A DNA stretch of 64,000 bases from Adineta vaga. Taxonomy: Eukaryota; Animalia; Rotifera. Under the pieces are notes generated by a model. It was given only the letters and a program-made list of their open reading frames with translations. It made no database searches and had not been told where the DNA came from. The stretch spans positions 992,001 through 1,056,000 of the forward strand of contig CP075496.1 of the NCBI GenBank assembly GCA_021613535.1, given 5' to 3'. How positions within the stretch are numbered: position 1 is the stretch's first letter; every line of letters begins with the position of its first letter. The position numbers and the translations under genes were made by a program. Positions 51,757 through 64,000 of this stretch are shown in pieces.

Positions 51757-53799
51757 TCATTCGGTATAATGAGTATCATTCCACCAATTTAATAATGGAA
51801 GATCTTTTGGTTCACCTTCGATCATTCGAATCATCAATCCACAACAGATAAAATTTCTACGAATGAATTCTTGTGAAGCAATATTCGATTGAATAATCCA
51901 TTCGAGTTTATCATTCGAAATATTTTTATCAATTTGCTTGATTTTTGCAGTTTCATCAAGTAAAGTTTCACATCTAGCTTCATCTAGAACATCTGGATTT
52001 ATTCGACATTGAAAAACTAATTGATAATATTGATATTTATCACCTTCATTCGTTAATTTTCTCCATAAATATGTAAATCGTGGATGTGCTGAATATTCCA
52101 AACTTGGTGATAAATGTATCGTTTGTTGATTTCTTTTTATTTGACATTGTTGAGTTGATACACGCATACCTGATGTTAATAGAAATGGTGCATAAAAACC
52201 ACGAGAACCATGATAAGCAAGACGCCATGAATTCCACTTGATATTCGTATCAACTAATTTTAAAGGAAATCGTTTCCAACCTTAATTAGCAAATCTATTT
52301 GAATATCTAAAATAAAAATAAAAGTTTGAATTACCTTCAGAATGAAAAGAATCTTCGTCATTCAGATTCGATGAATCGACTACATGATCATAAGGAATTA
52401 TTCCACTATTAGTTGTATGTATTGTATCCCACATTAAATCCATTAAACGTTTTTCAATTGTTAAAGTATGTTCACCAAGTACAATTGAATATACTTGACA
52501 ATCGAATTTTGTCGAACAATCTTTAATTGCTTGAATAATTAATACTGATGATTCATTTTCTAATTGTTTACTAATGACTTGATTATATGTTGGATGAATA
52601 TTTATATAGAGAATAATACTACTCGCTTGTTCAATACGTTCAACAGTGAATGTTTCTTCTGGTAATTTCATAAGCACAGAAAGATTCAAACAGAAACGTT
52701 GTGAAATGGAATTTGTCTTTGATATCCATTGTTTATAATCTCCATTAAGACGTATGATTAATAAACGATCTATAGAAATGAAAAATAAAAAAAAATTTTT
52801 TTTTCGTGAAAATCTTGTGATATTACTTTCTTCTTTTTCATTTTGATCAATTAATATTGGTAAAACTTGATTAGATAAATTAATTTGATGAAATATTTTT
52901 CTAAATTTTTTATTCAATTGAAATTCATTTGTTATATTTATAGATAATTGACAAAGTGCATTGATTAATTCAATGATTCGTCTTTGTTGTTCTTTACATT
53001 GTTCCTCTAATTCTTCTTCAATTCTTTCGATAAAATATTCTTCACGATGAAATCTTCGTTCTTGTCGATTTTCTATATAATATTCAATAAAATTCCGTGA
53101 AGTTGTAGAATCGGTCGTACGATAAAGAGAATCCATTATATGTTTACTTAGTATTGAATCTTCATCCATTTCATGAATGAATTGTTCAAGAAGTTTTCGA
53201 CGTCTATTCCAATGATTGACACATTTCATTATTGTTTGTGTCAATAAATTTTGTTGAGAAAAAACAGTTGTAATGCCAGATTCATTATATTTGCCAATCA
53301 TTCGATTGATTTCATTTGCATATCCATAATGTTGTCGAAACCATTGAAAGATTCGTGAAGAATGATCATGAAAATTATATGAATCAATAATTTGAAATAA
53401 ATGTGCCAATTCACTATCAATTCGTGATATTTGTTGACGTATTTTCGTGATACCTGATCGAATTTCTTCAATGTTTTCTCGATTTTCATTTCTTGTTGAT
53501 GATATTTGTGCAATATTTTCAATTTCATTACGCATTGTTTGAAGTGCATGAAAAAATTCTTCTTCAATTATCTGACGTGTTTGATTAATAATCAAATTAT
53601 TTTCATTAAGATCATGAAAAAATTGTTTTCCAAGAAGACTTTCTCGTTGATACAAAACATCATTATCATGTTGCGATGTTTCTGCACCATAAGTACGTTT
53701 TCTTTCAAGATTTCGTTCAAGTTGTGTAATTTGTTTAATACTATCCGATACTTGATCATCAACAAAACGTTTCAAACAAAATTCTAAGGCAATATCCAT
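51757..53799 (-). CDS. Coiled-coil protein with a C-terminal NEURL4-type ADP-ribosyltransferase domain
   Basis: Spliced reading EG|WKRFPLKL..WRLAYHGS..LLTSGM..IHLSPSLEYSAHPRF..YQLVFQCRINP..ETLL..IDKNISNDKLEWII. The 5' end is uncertain. Confidence 0.7.
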
Positions 53800-54040
53800 G
53801 TATTGTATTTCTTGAAAATAAAAAGTAATTTTGAGTGTAGATTGTCTTTTTAGTGAATATTTACACAATGATATCTAAGGCAACTATCATAAATCATTTC
53901 TCTCTACTGTCATGTTTTATCTATGCACTGAAGAATGTAAAAAATGTGTAAATATAATCTGGTTTTATTGAGGAAAAAAAATAGGTCGTTGTTCTATGAA
54001 AATCTTCATAGAAATGTTTATGATATCAAACAAATAGTTC

Positions 54041-55003
54041 TTAGTTTTTCGATTCAATCTTTGCAAGAATTTTCGATGGACCAATTTGTGTAAACTTTGT
54101 TTTACTTGCTGAACATGAATATTTCTGTTTCATTAGTAAATCTGAAAGACGATGTGGTGTTGTTCGTGGTGGCATAAAATACATAAAATCTCGTCGAAGT
54201 ATCGCTAAGAAATAAATCACATATAAAGAAATTGATGATGGTTGTTTTAAACCGAGTTTCTTATGAAAATTTTCTCCACCAACAACATAAAGAAGTGCAT
54301 TTAATAAACTTTCGATAAGTGATTTTGGTAAAAGAAATCCATACCATTTTTGTACAAGTTTATGAATTGAATTTGTTAAAACTTTACCGGCTTCTGTTTC
54401 ATTTGAACTTATATTATTCGTTGTATAATTATTCACAATTGAATAAGATTCTTCTAAAGATCTTGGTAAATCTTCTAAATTCATTTTTTCTCCAACTTTT
54501 TTATAGAACGTAAATAAAGCTTGTTTTTCTCTTTCATCTAAATGTCTCCAACCAAAAACATCAATCATCCGTATTGTATCAACAATAAAACAACATAAAA
54601 CATAAACAAAATCTTCATTTCGTGTTCGATTACTAAAAATACCATGAATATTGTTTAAATGTTCGATACTCGCTTGTCCTTCTTCACTATCTAGACCATA
54701 ATCAATCCAAGCATGCATAAGTATATCCGTATCATTAACACGTTTTTCTGTTTCTCCTGCAATTGTATTTGTTTGATAATAAACTTTGGAAATTGTTGGA
54801 GAAACAAATGTTCGATAAAATGCTAAATTAATACCATAAAAACATTCGAAAGGAAATTCATAACAACATAAATGATGATAGATTTGTTCGGCAGTTAAAT
54901 TCGATGAATTTCGTTTATATTGAAAATACCATTGAAGACGTATTCGATAGAATAAGATCAACAAACATACAAGAAAACTTGATAGAATAATCAAAAGAAA
55001 CAT
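54041..55003 (-). CDS. ER-bound oxygenase MpaB / DUF2236 (rubber-oxygenase-like) family protein, intronless
   Basis: N-terminal TM segment; YEFPF..LAFYRTF..PTIS..KRVNDT..LNNIHG..NEDFVYVL..FGWRHL..VGEKMNL. Confidence 0.8.
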   Translation of the reverse strand: MFLLIILSSFLVCLLILFYRIRLQWYFQYKRNSSNLTAEQIYHHLCCYEFPFECFYGINLAFYRTFVSPTISKVYYQTNTIAGETEKRVNDTDILMHAWIDYGLDSEEGQASIEHLNNIHGIFSNRTRNEDFVYVLCCFIVDTIRMIDVFGWRHLDEREKQALFTFYKKVGEKMNLEDLPRSLEESYSIVNNYTTNNISSNETEAGKVLTNSIHKLVQKWYGFLLPKSLIESLLNALLYVVGGENFHKKLGLKQPSSISLYVIYFLAILRRDFMYFMPPRTTPHRLSDLLMKQKYSCSASKTKFTQIGPSKILAKIESKN

Positions 55004-55142
55004 AGTTTATTCAAAATGAATAATTAGAAGAAAAGAAAAACAAGTAATTTTCCGTTCCGTTTCAATGATTTATGTCATTCAAAGTTATAAATAACTTACA
55101 ATCATCGTCAATCGTTAAAATATGTATTAATAATTTGATTTA

Positions 55143-56078
55143 TCAAATGAAAGGAATCCAATGAGGTAAAATTCTTCGATGATTTTTCTTCCAAGAAATA
55201 ATTTTCATAAATTCTTGTCGAAATTCATCAAATGTTATTAAAAAAAGTGGAAATGATAAAATATGATATGTAAAAAGGATTGCATCTAATCCCATAAGAA
55301 TAACAAGATCGACAGTATCAACAAAAAATCCAAAACCAATTGTTCCTGGTATTGTCATAATCATAAAAAGAAATGTTGTTATAACTGATGTAATCGATAC
55401 AGTTCGATAATGAATACGTGAATTTCTCAGAAGACTTGTACGACGTATACGAAGTAAGTGGGAAATAATTCGACTATTAAAGAAAACCATTAAAATAAAA
55501 GGAAGACAATTATACATAACTAAATTAATCCAATCTAATGTTGGAGCAATTTTATAAAGCTTAGAATCTGTAATAATTCTTCCATTTATGTCATAATAAC
55601 AACCAAATATTGATAAATGAAGATTAAACAGAATAAAAAAACAAATCACACATATAATAAGAATATAAGCACTTTTTGAACGACTGAACCATGTTTGATG
55701 AAGACGACGTAATGTCATATATCGATCAAATGAGATTAATACACGTAACCAAGCTGATGTTTGAGCAGAAAAATAATTTAAAAGCCAAGCTAATTTACAT
55801 GAAATAATTGAATAGGAGAAGAAATCAAAATGATATATGGGTTGAGTATAATGATCGAGATTCCATCCGTATAACATTAATATATCAATAATAACAACTG
55901 TACGCATGTAAATTATTGTTGGACGTTCATGATTAGTTCGAAATTTTGGACGATAAAGAATAAAAAGTGTTAAAAGATTTAATAAAGTTCCAATAATAAT
56001 TAAAGATAAAGAATAATATGCGATTATAATTGAATAAATATTTGCTTGTTTTGAATCGATCTTTGTGCTATTTGTCAT
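55143..56078 (-). CDS. Rhodopsin-class (peptide-receptor-like) GPCR, intronless
   Basis: Seven hydrophobic segments; GTLLN (TM1), CKL..SAWLRVLISFDRY (TM3), LPF (TM5), F.LFLITFDEFRQEF (TM7/H8). Confidence 0.9.
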   Translation of the reverse strand: MTNSTKIDSKQANIYSIIIAYYSLSLIIIGTLLNLLTLFILYRPKFRTNHERPTIIYMRTVVIIDILMLYGWNLDHYTQPIYHFDFFSYSIISCKLAWLLNYFSAQTSAWLRVLISFDRYMTLRRLHQTWFSRSKSAYILIICVICFFILFNLHLSIFGCYYDINGRIITDSKLYKIAPTLDWINLVMYNCLPFILMVFFNSRIISHLLRIRRTSLLRNSRIHYRTVSITSVITTFLFMIMTIPGTIGFGFFVDTVDLVILMGLDAILFTYHILSFPLFLITFDEFRQEFMKIISWKKNHRRILPHWIPFI

Positions 56079-56930
56079 GATCAAATTGATTGATTTGAAA
56101 ATTGAAATAGGATAAGTACGTGTTAGACGTTTCCCTTTTATAATTATAGATTGAAGAATTTTCTACAAAATAAAAAAATTTTGAATTCGATTTGTTCAAA
56201 ATGAAAAACTAAACTCATTATCTCTTCTAACAGCAAGAAGAAAAACTAGGTCAAATTAATTCTTACGTATTATTTCATAGAAAAAAGAACCTTAAAACAA
56301 CAAAAAAAGGTTCATACTAAATAGAACAAGTCTTCGTAATTGTGCATTTACATTATTCTACTATTACACACAACGATTTTCAAGAAAGAAGAGAACGATG
56401 AACGTTTTCCAGAAGAAATCCGTATGTGAATTCAAACTAATTTTCTCATCCTTATTCAATTACAATTGACTTCTATCATCAACAAACATATCATATTCAC
56501 ATTAGAAAAACAAAAAGTCCGTATTTATTTGTAACTTTCAACTTAATGTTACTCGGATAGATTTACAATAACATTTGATCTGATTGTACAAATTAAATCC
56601 TTTTTTTTTGTATAAAGATGACGAATATTATCAGTTTTAAAGATATTGAATGAATGCAAATCTAGTTTAATTTCATCAACTTTTCTTCGATGACAAGAAC
56701 ATATTAATCACTGTTTTCTTCTCCTAAATACACAACGAAACAAATGAGTATTATAATTTTTCATGTTCGAATACTTTTATCAATAAAAGTTCTTCAAGAA
56801 TCTACCAAAGTACTTTCGAACGTACTCTTATCGTTTTTATTCATGTCATATAAATATTGACATAAGTATTCATTCAAAAGAGAAAAAGAAACATAATCAT
56901 TCTTTTCTTATTCAAAATTCAATAACCACC

Positions 56931-58669
56931 ATGTGGTCTATTCTATTGGCAATTATTTTATTATTTTATTTTACTTATCGTTTATTGAAATATTGGATAA
57001 TCGATCCAAAACAAATTCATACTGATCTAGCAAGTCAAGGTATTCCCGGACGATATATTCCTATTGTTGGTGAAATTCTTCATATACGTCGTGCTGCACA
57101 AGCTGGTGATCCACTTGGTCATCTTCGAGCATTAAATGAACAATATGGTTCGTATTATCGATCATCCTTTGGTCCAATATCACGTTTATCTATAAGTGAT
57201 CCATTATTAATTCAAGGTGTATTGAAAACTAATGCACGATTTTATCATAAATCAAATTTAATGCGAATGATTTTAGGAACATTATTAGGTAATAGAAATC
57301 TTTTAATTACTGAAGATCAAATTCATAGTCAACATCGACGTTTAATTGCACCAGTTTTTCAACATCAAAATATCAATTCAATGATTTCATTAATGATTGA
57401 AATCACATCAAGTTATATTAATAAATGGAAATCAATTTCTGAGAATAAAAAAGAAAATGAATATCATGTTGATATACATGAAGAAATGACACGTTTGACA
57501 TTAGATATTGTTACTGGTTGTGTTTTTGGAAGTGGATTAATGAGTAATGACAATGCTCGAGAAGTTATTTATCGAAATGTTACAACAACATTATCAGATG
57601 TTGAAAAACGTATACATAATATGATTGCAATTATTCCAATTGTTAATCGTTTACCTTTACCAAGTAAACAACGTATTGATCGATCTAAACATGATGTTCG
57701 AATTGTTATCCAACGAATAATTGATGAAAGAAAAAAAGGTTTATCAAAATCTTCTTGTAAAGGTTAGATTTAATTTAAGATTTAAATTTTATATTATTTC
57801 TTGGAAAATTTAGGACCTGATTTACTTGATTTAATCTTAGCTGCACGTAATAATGATGAGGATGGAAAACTCACTCAATTCTCCGATGAAGATATTTATG
57901 AAGAAGCACTTACCTTTGGTAAATATTTCAAAAACAAAAAGAAAAAAGAATCGATTAATCATGAGTTTTCTTTAGTTCTCGCTGGTCATGAAACAACATC
58001 CAATCTAATGGTATGGACACTATTTAATTTATCTAATAATCCTGATGTTTGTCAACGATTAGAACATGAAATTGATTCTGTATTGAATGATAATGAAGAT
58101 CTTTCGATATCAACGCTTTCACTTTTAACATATACAGAAGATGTTTTAAAAGAATCTCTTCGATTACATCAACCTGTTCCTACAATTGTTCGAAAAGCAA
58201 TTGAAGATAATACATTAACTGCAAGTGATGGAAAACAAATTCATATAAAAAAAGATACTGATATTCTCATAGATCTCTACAGTCTTCATCAGTAAGTTAT
58301 AGATGAATCGATTGAATCCATTTGTTCTTTCTTTTCTTGGAATCTAGTTCGGAAAGATATTGGTCTGAACCATGGAAATTTGATCCATCAAGATTTACTA
58401 GACGTCATCTTGATACACATTTACCATTTTCAGCGGGACCACGCTCGTGTATTGGTCAAAATTTTGCTATGTTAGAAGCAAAAGTTATGTTAGCAATGAT
58501 GATAAAACATTTTCGATTTGAATTAGTACCAGGACAAAAACATACTCCAGAAATTGTTATTACAATGAGGTAAGAATTAAATTGTTTGTTTTTCTTCTGA
58601 CGTAGAAATGATTCATGCGATGATTTTAGACCGAAATATGGAATGTGGATGAAAGTTTCATCACGATGA
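56931..58669 (+). CDS. Cytochrome P450, 5 exons
   Basis: I-helix AGHETT, ExxR (ESLR), FDPSRF, heme motif FSAGPRSCIG; last exon RPKYGMWMKVSSR*. Confidence 0.95.
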
Positions 58670-58908
58670 TAACAATCAATTCAAGATGAATCATTTTTGT
58701 GCTATGAAAACGTTTTTTCAAATGTGTCAAATAAATCATTTTCATTTTCATTTGATTTTATCGAAGATGTCTTGAAGGAAGGGAGGAGGGTCTAGAATGA
58801 CGTCGAGCGATATCTAGAGGAAATCGATGTGGATAGTTCAATCGGTCAAGAAAGACATTTTTGTTAATGTAGAAATGAATGAAATGAAGCATTCGTTCGA
58901 AAGAAAAT

Positions 58909-61900
58909 ATGAGTGAATCTTCTGAAATATCAATTGAAGAAAATGAGAATACAACATTAGATTCGTATTCATTATTATTCGATAAAGCGAAACATAATTT
59001 CTCAACAAGTTCAGAAATTTCATTTAATAAGGAGAATTTACCATTGATCGATGAAAATCAAACGATAACTGACGGATCGAAGAATTTTAATCCTTTCCTT
59101 TTGTTATTTCTATCAAATGATGAAGTATTCAATACGGTAAAACTATTCTTTTCGAAAAGAAGTCAAACAAAATTCATTGATTTATCTTTAGAATGATAAT
59201 GATCCGAAAAGTACAAATCAGAATATAAATGACGAAATTGATTTGATTAGTTTATATTTAGTTTGGGAACACGTGGATACTGGACAAGGTTCACTAATCA
59301 GCAAAACAGGTACTTGTTATCAACAAAATCGACTAAACAGGTAAGACAGAAACAGTGTCAAAAACTTTTCTTTCTCTCTCAAATCATTTTTTCTCTTTCT
59401 GTCGAACGATTGGACATTTGTTCGTTTGTATACTTGCTTTTCTCGATGTAAATTGCTTCGCTATGCCCGTTCTCTCCCTCTCTCTCTCTCTTTCCACCCG
59501 TTCACATAATATGATTTCCCTTCTCTTTTTTCTTCGTCATTTTTTCTCCCGCTTCTTGTCGTTGTGCATCTATACACACATACATACATATATATATATA
59601 TGAATGCAGACACTCCGCGAGACATAAACATATACATATTAACTGTGTATGTGAACTTGCCCTGTCAGTATATATTGTGATTATTTCTTTTTCTTTCTTA
59701 CTCGAATCTATCGTCGAAGAAGAATTGTCTCTTCAGTTTATATTTTGGAACGAGAATGATTTATTAATTTAAAGACAAATCATGTTAAAACATATTACTC
59801 ATTCCCATCATGGTAAACTTCATACGTTCGATGATTTTTATCGAGATAATTCCAAGCCCATTCGAACACGTTCATCAACAAATGATTTAACATCAGCAAC
59901 TAATTCTTTTCCAACATCGCCATGTTCACCAAATAGCAATCCATATACATTCTATAATATCTTCCAGATTTCAAATCAACAATAACTCCTGATGTTGTAC
60001 TGGAAGAAGATGAAACCGAAGAAGAGAATAACACTATTCCAGAACAATCTACACCTCCAACAGCTGTTTTCTATTTAGAAGATGAACATCCAAATCAATC
60101 TCAATCTCCATCATCTACTTCATCACCTCATTGGCCATCGTTAATTCTCAATCGTTTTCGTCATGCACATCATCATCATCATCATACGCTGGTTAAACAA
60201 AATTCAGTTAATGAAAATCAAATGAATCTTACAAAATTACGTAAAAGTGATTCAACAGATTCATCTTTCACTAAACATCGTTTTCTTAAACGTTCACAAA
60301 CTATCAATCATACCGATAGTTTAGCAGATAAAAAATCTTCTACAGATGATTTTCCTGAATTATCTTTAGCAACAAATAATAATATTGTAAAAAAACATCG
60401 ATCATTTGTTTCTTTATTACATCATTTTCATCACAATCATCAACATCAAAATTCATCAAAAAAACATCCTGATCGTTCTAATTCCACCGGCACACTGGAT
60501 ATAGAAAAATTAAATATCAATTCCACTGAATTTCCACGTCAAAAAGTCATCAAACAAAAAACTTTACCTTCAACAAATAATGATGAACAATATTCTCCGG
60601 TGAAAAAATCTCCTTCAACACCAATATTACCTAAATTAGTTTCGCTTTTTCATCGGCATCATCTTTCTGAACAACATAAATATCGTGTTGGAAATCTAAA
60701 AGCTCGTCTTCATCATCGACGAAATTCTCCTCCATTAATGAATACAGCACCGAAATTTCAATGTCAAATATCCAATGAACTTATTGAAGAAATCAAAAAA
60801 TTAGAAGAAGAACAATTGATTGATCAAGATTACATGTCTTCTTCACGTCCTACGAAACCGGTGGTTATGAAACGTGTTCATACGTGGCATAATTCATTCG
60901 ATTTACGACCAGTTGATCAGTGCCTCGAATATTAATTTACTTTTCTCTTTTTTTCTTTTCTCTTTATATGTCTTGTGCATGTGTTTGAATTCAATAATAT
61001 ACTTATGTGATTTTTTTTTCTTTATATCTAGAAATTCTTTTAAATCTCGACGAACAAATCAGAAGAGCGATGATGAAGAGGATGATCAAGCATTTGAGAA
61101 ATGTAAATTCGTTTTTGAAAAGACTTTTTCGAATATTTATTTGTTATTGAATAGTTTTACAAGAACATCGAACATTAAAATCCGTGGAAAATAAATCCCC
61201 GGTTGAACAGAAACGAAAGAATCGAAATAGGTATTAATTCATCGATTGCTTTTCGAATGTCTATACTTATTGACAATTTTTAGTTTAAAAGATTTCATTT
61301 GCGATTCATCATCTTCATCAGAAGAAGATCCATCGGAATTTTATACAAAAGTAAATCGTATAATTGACAAAGATTTATCATGGCGACAGTAAGATTCATT
61401 ATGAAAAGGATCAATTTCATTGATTACTTTTACTAGAAATGAGGATGATGACGAAACATCGGAAGAATCAGATGAATCATCGACATCTTCATCAGAAAGT
61501 GAAGTTGGATTAAAACCAACTAAGAAAAAAGATACAAAAATCAATGTAACTTTTCTTGAATCACTTTCAAATTATGTTCCAATTGAACATAAACATATTG
61601 ATGCAAAACAGTAAGATTTGTTTTGATTGAAAATGTTATTTAATTTTCTTCCTTTTTAGATATTTTACTAAATCAGGTTTTAAGAATAAAACTAAACGAC
61701 AAGAATTAGCTGAGAAATTATTTTCGATCTTTGATCACGATGTTTTCTCTTCGAAAGTAAATCATTTTACGAATATAGACATCTATTTGAATTATTAATT
61801 TAGCTTTCGGATAAAGTAACAACTATTTGGAGTGCTCGTTTAACAGCAACAGCTGGTCATTGTACAACTCGACGAACAAGTCAAACGGCAACAATTACAC

Positions 61901-62532
61901 TTTCACAGAAAGTTTGTGATTCACCTGGTATGTTTGGAAATATTGAAGATTTGTTTAAGAAACGACTTTTTTTTTGAGAACGTTGTCGAGATACACTTTT
62001 ACATGAAATGTGTCATGCAGCAGTATCATTAATCGATGGTGTTATGAACGGAGGTCATGGTCGTTTATGGCGTAAATGGACTCATAAAGCTGAACGATGT
62101 TATCCTTATTTACCTGCTATTTCAGTTAAACATACATATGATATAACATATAAATTCATCTATCGATGTACACGTTGTCAATATGAGTAAGTCATTCATA
62201 GAAAATTGAATCATTAGTTTTGTTTTTATTATTAAAGAGTTCAACGTCATTCGAAATCGCTTGATATTGAAATTGATGTTTGTGGAAAATGTATGGGAAA
62301 ATTTGAATTATTATTAAATAATACAAAAACAAATGATGTTCAAACACCAAAGAAAACTTTAACTCGTTATAATCTATTTATTAAAGAACATTTTCAAATA
62401 ATGAAACAAGCACAACCTCATTTATCTTCACCACAATTAATGAAACATCTCAGTCAAGAATATAAGAAAACTATTCAACAAGAAAAACAAACGGAAATTG
62501 ATTTACCTAATTTCGAACAATTAAAAATCTAA
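58909..62532 (+). CDS. GCNA: GCNA/ACRC (acidic IDR + SprT protease + Zn ribbon + HMG box), multi-exon
   Basis: Acidic N-terminus; WSARLTATAG; DTLLHEMCHAA (HExxH); HGRLW; YRCTRC..RHSKS..CGKC; HMG segment YNLFIKEHFQIMK..LMKHLSQEY. Exon 2 and exon 3 are phase-consistent across the 1.69-kb intron. Confidence 0.85.
59782..60935 (+). CDS. Unknown His/Ser-rich protein nested in GCNA intron 2 (same strand)
   Basis: ATG at 59782; a probable short intron ends ttccag at ~59967; then ~970 bp open to KRVHTWHNSFDLRPVDQCLEY*. Confidence 0.65.
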
Positions 62533-62757
62533 TTTCGAAACTCATGTACTAGTTTTTTTTCTCTTTATTAAATCAATGAAATAAAATTCTTTACTATATT
62601 CATATACGAAATCTTACAGTATCATTCTATAGATGTCAGTTGTGAAGAAAAGAAACGTGTTTGAGAAGTATCATTGTCTTGACAACGTGTAAAAGAATGT
62701 CTTTTGTTTTCTTTTGATTATTATATTGTACATTTGATCTTGTTTTTGTTTTCAAAC

Positions 62758-63700
62758 ATGGCATTAGCAAGGAATCGACAAAGTCCTCCGCCCGAACAAT
62801 TATGGAAATCTTGGGATCGTAAAGCACGTAAACAAGGTCTTCATGCAACTATCTATTCATCAGATGGATCACAATATAAAGGGGATTGGAAAAGTGATAA
62901 AAGACACGGTGAGAAACGTCATTCTCTTACATGAATATGATGCTAGGTTTTCATTTCGCATAGAATAGGTAAAGGCGTTTATGTATGGAAATCAAGCGGA
63001 GATTTTTATGAAGGAGATTTTGCAAATGGAACACGTACTGGTTTCGGAACATTGACAGTTAAAACTCCGGAAGGCAAATTTGAACGACAATATGCAGGCG
63101 GTTGGAAAAATGATAAGAGACATGTTAGTAGACACTTTTCATATTGATTTAAACATTTATTTTACAATTATAGGGATATGGAAATCTATTTTTTAAAGAA
63201 AATGAACATTACGAAGGTGAATTTTATGCTGATAAACGAAATGGATGGGGAAGAATGTTTTATGCCGACGGATCTACCTATGAAGGACAGTGGGTGAATG
63301 ATAAACGACATGGAACAGGAATGTTACGTTTAGGTAATATAGTCGATGAAATTGTATGATGACCTACAATAGTTATTGTTTTGATTTTTAGCAAACGATA
63401 ACAGATATGAAGGTGAGTGGTGTGCAGACAAGAAACATGGGCAAGGTAAATTTTTTTATGTTACACGAGGACAACTTATGGAAGGTTTATGGGTTGATGA
63501 TATTTGTAAAGCAAGTGAAATGAAAGATTTTGGACGTGATCAAGCTATTTTACCAACACCTTATCCTATTCCCGATGTAAGTTTCTATTTTCTTCTATTT
63601 TCTCTAATAATATAAGGAATTTTTTATTTAGTTGTCTCTAGCAAATCCAGATCAAGTTTTGACCGAAGCGAAAGAAATATTTACAGAGACAGATGGATAA
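62758..63700 (+). CDS. MORN3: MORN repeat-containing protein 3
   Basis: LWKSWDRKARKQGLHATIY..DGSQYKGDWKSDKRHGKG followed by successive YEGEW/F..DK.HG MORN repeats; ends EIFTETDG*. Confidence 0.85.
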
Positions 63701-64000
63701 AAAATCTATATATATATGCGTATTCTATTGTATTTTGTATTTTGCGAGACTTTTATAAATTGAAAAAGAGTCATTTATTTTATCGAACAAAAACGATATC
63801 ATTATTTACGGAAGAATTTATAGAATGAATAGACGGATATGACAAAGTTGAGATTTTGTTTTCGTATATAGAAAAAGAGTTTTACTTTGAAAAGAGTACA
63901 TTCAAATGAAATATACATGTTTCTTGATATTACTGTTGATAATGAAGATTTACGTGTAAATGTGAATTTATCTCTCAATCCAGCTACGATATGTTATAAG

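Overview
AT-rich eukaryotic genomic DNA with many ~50-65 bp GT-AG introns. The gene content points to a bdelloid rotifer (Adineta-like; inference): a secreted ArLEA1-like group 3 LEA gene, an F-box/LRR gene, a NEURL4-type ART, an mpaB/DUF2236 oxygenase and an expanded-type GPCR. Left to right: RB1CC1/FIP200 (5' part); a decayed tandem duplicate of the RB1CC1-LEA block; the LEA gene; a TE-rich accessory stretch containing a modular F-box/LRR gene; myosin V; two PSF3/GINS3 copies; NOM1; PLEKHA8/FAPP2; three Gly/His-rich low-complexity genes; ART, oxygenase, GPCR and cytochrome P450 genes; GCNA/ACRC with a nested same-strand gene; and MORN3. The most striking structure is at 30-43.6 kb. PLEKHA8-NOM1-PSF3-MYO5 look like an ancestral operon, with 28-50 bp spacers carrying AATAAA and a splice acceptor abutting the next ATG. 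This unit is interrupted twice by a ~2.7 kb cassette encoding a Cys/His-finger + HNH nuclease followed by eIF4G-type MA3 or W2 domains. Each cassette sits between ~1 kb direct duplications of the host genes, so every host gene keeps an intact copy. All calls are by-eye motif recognition; no database searches were run.
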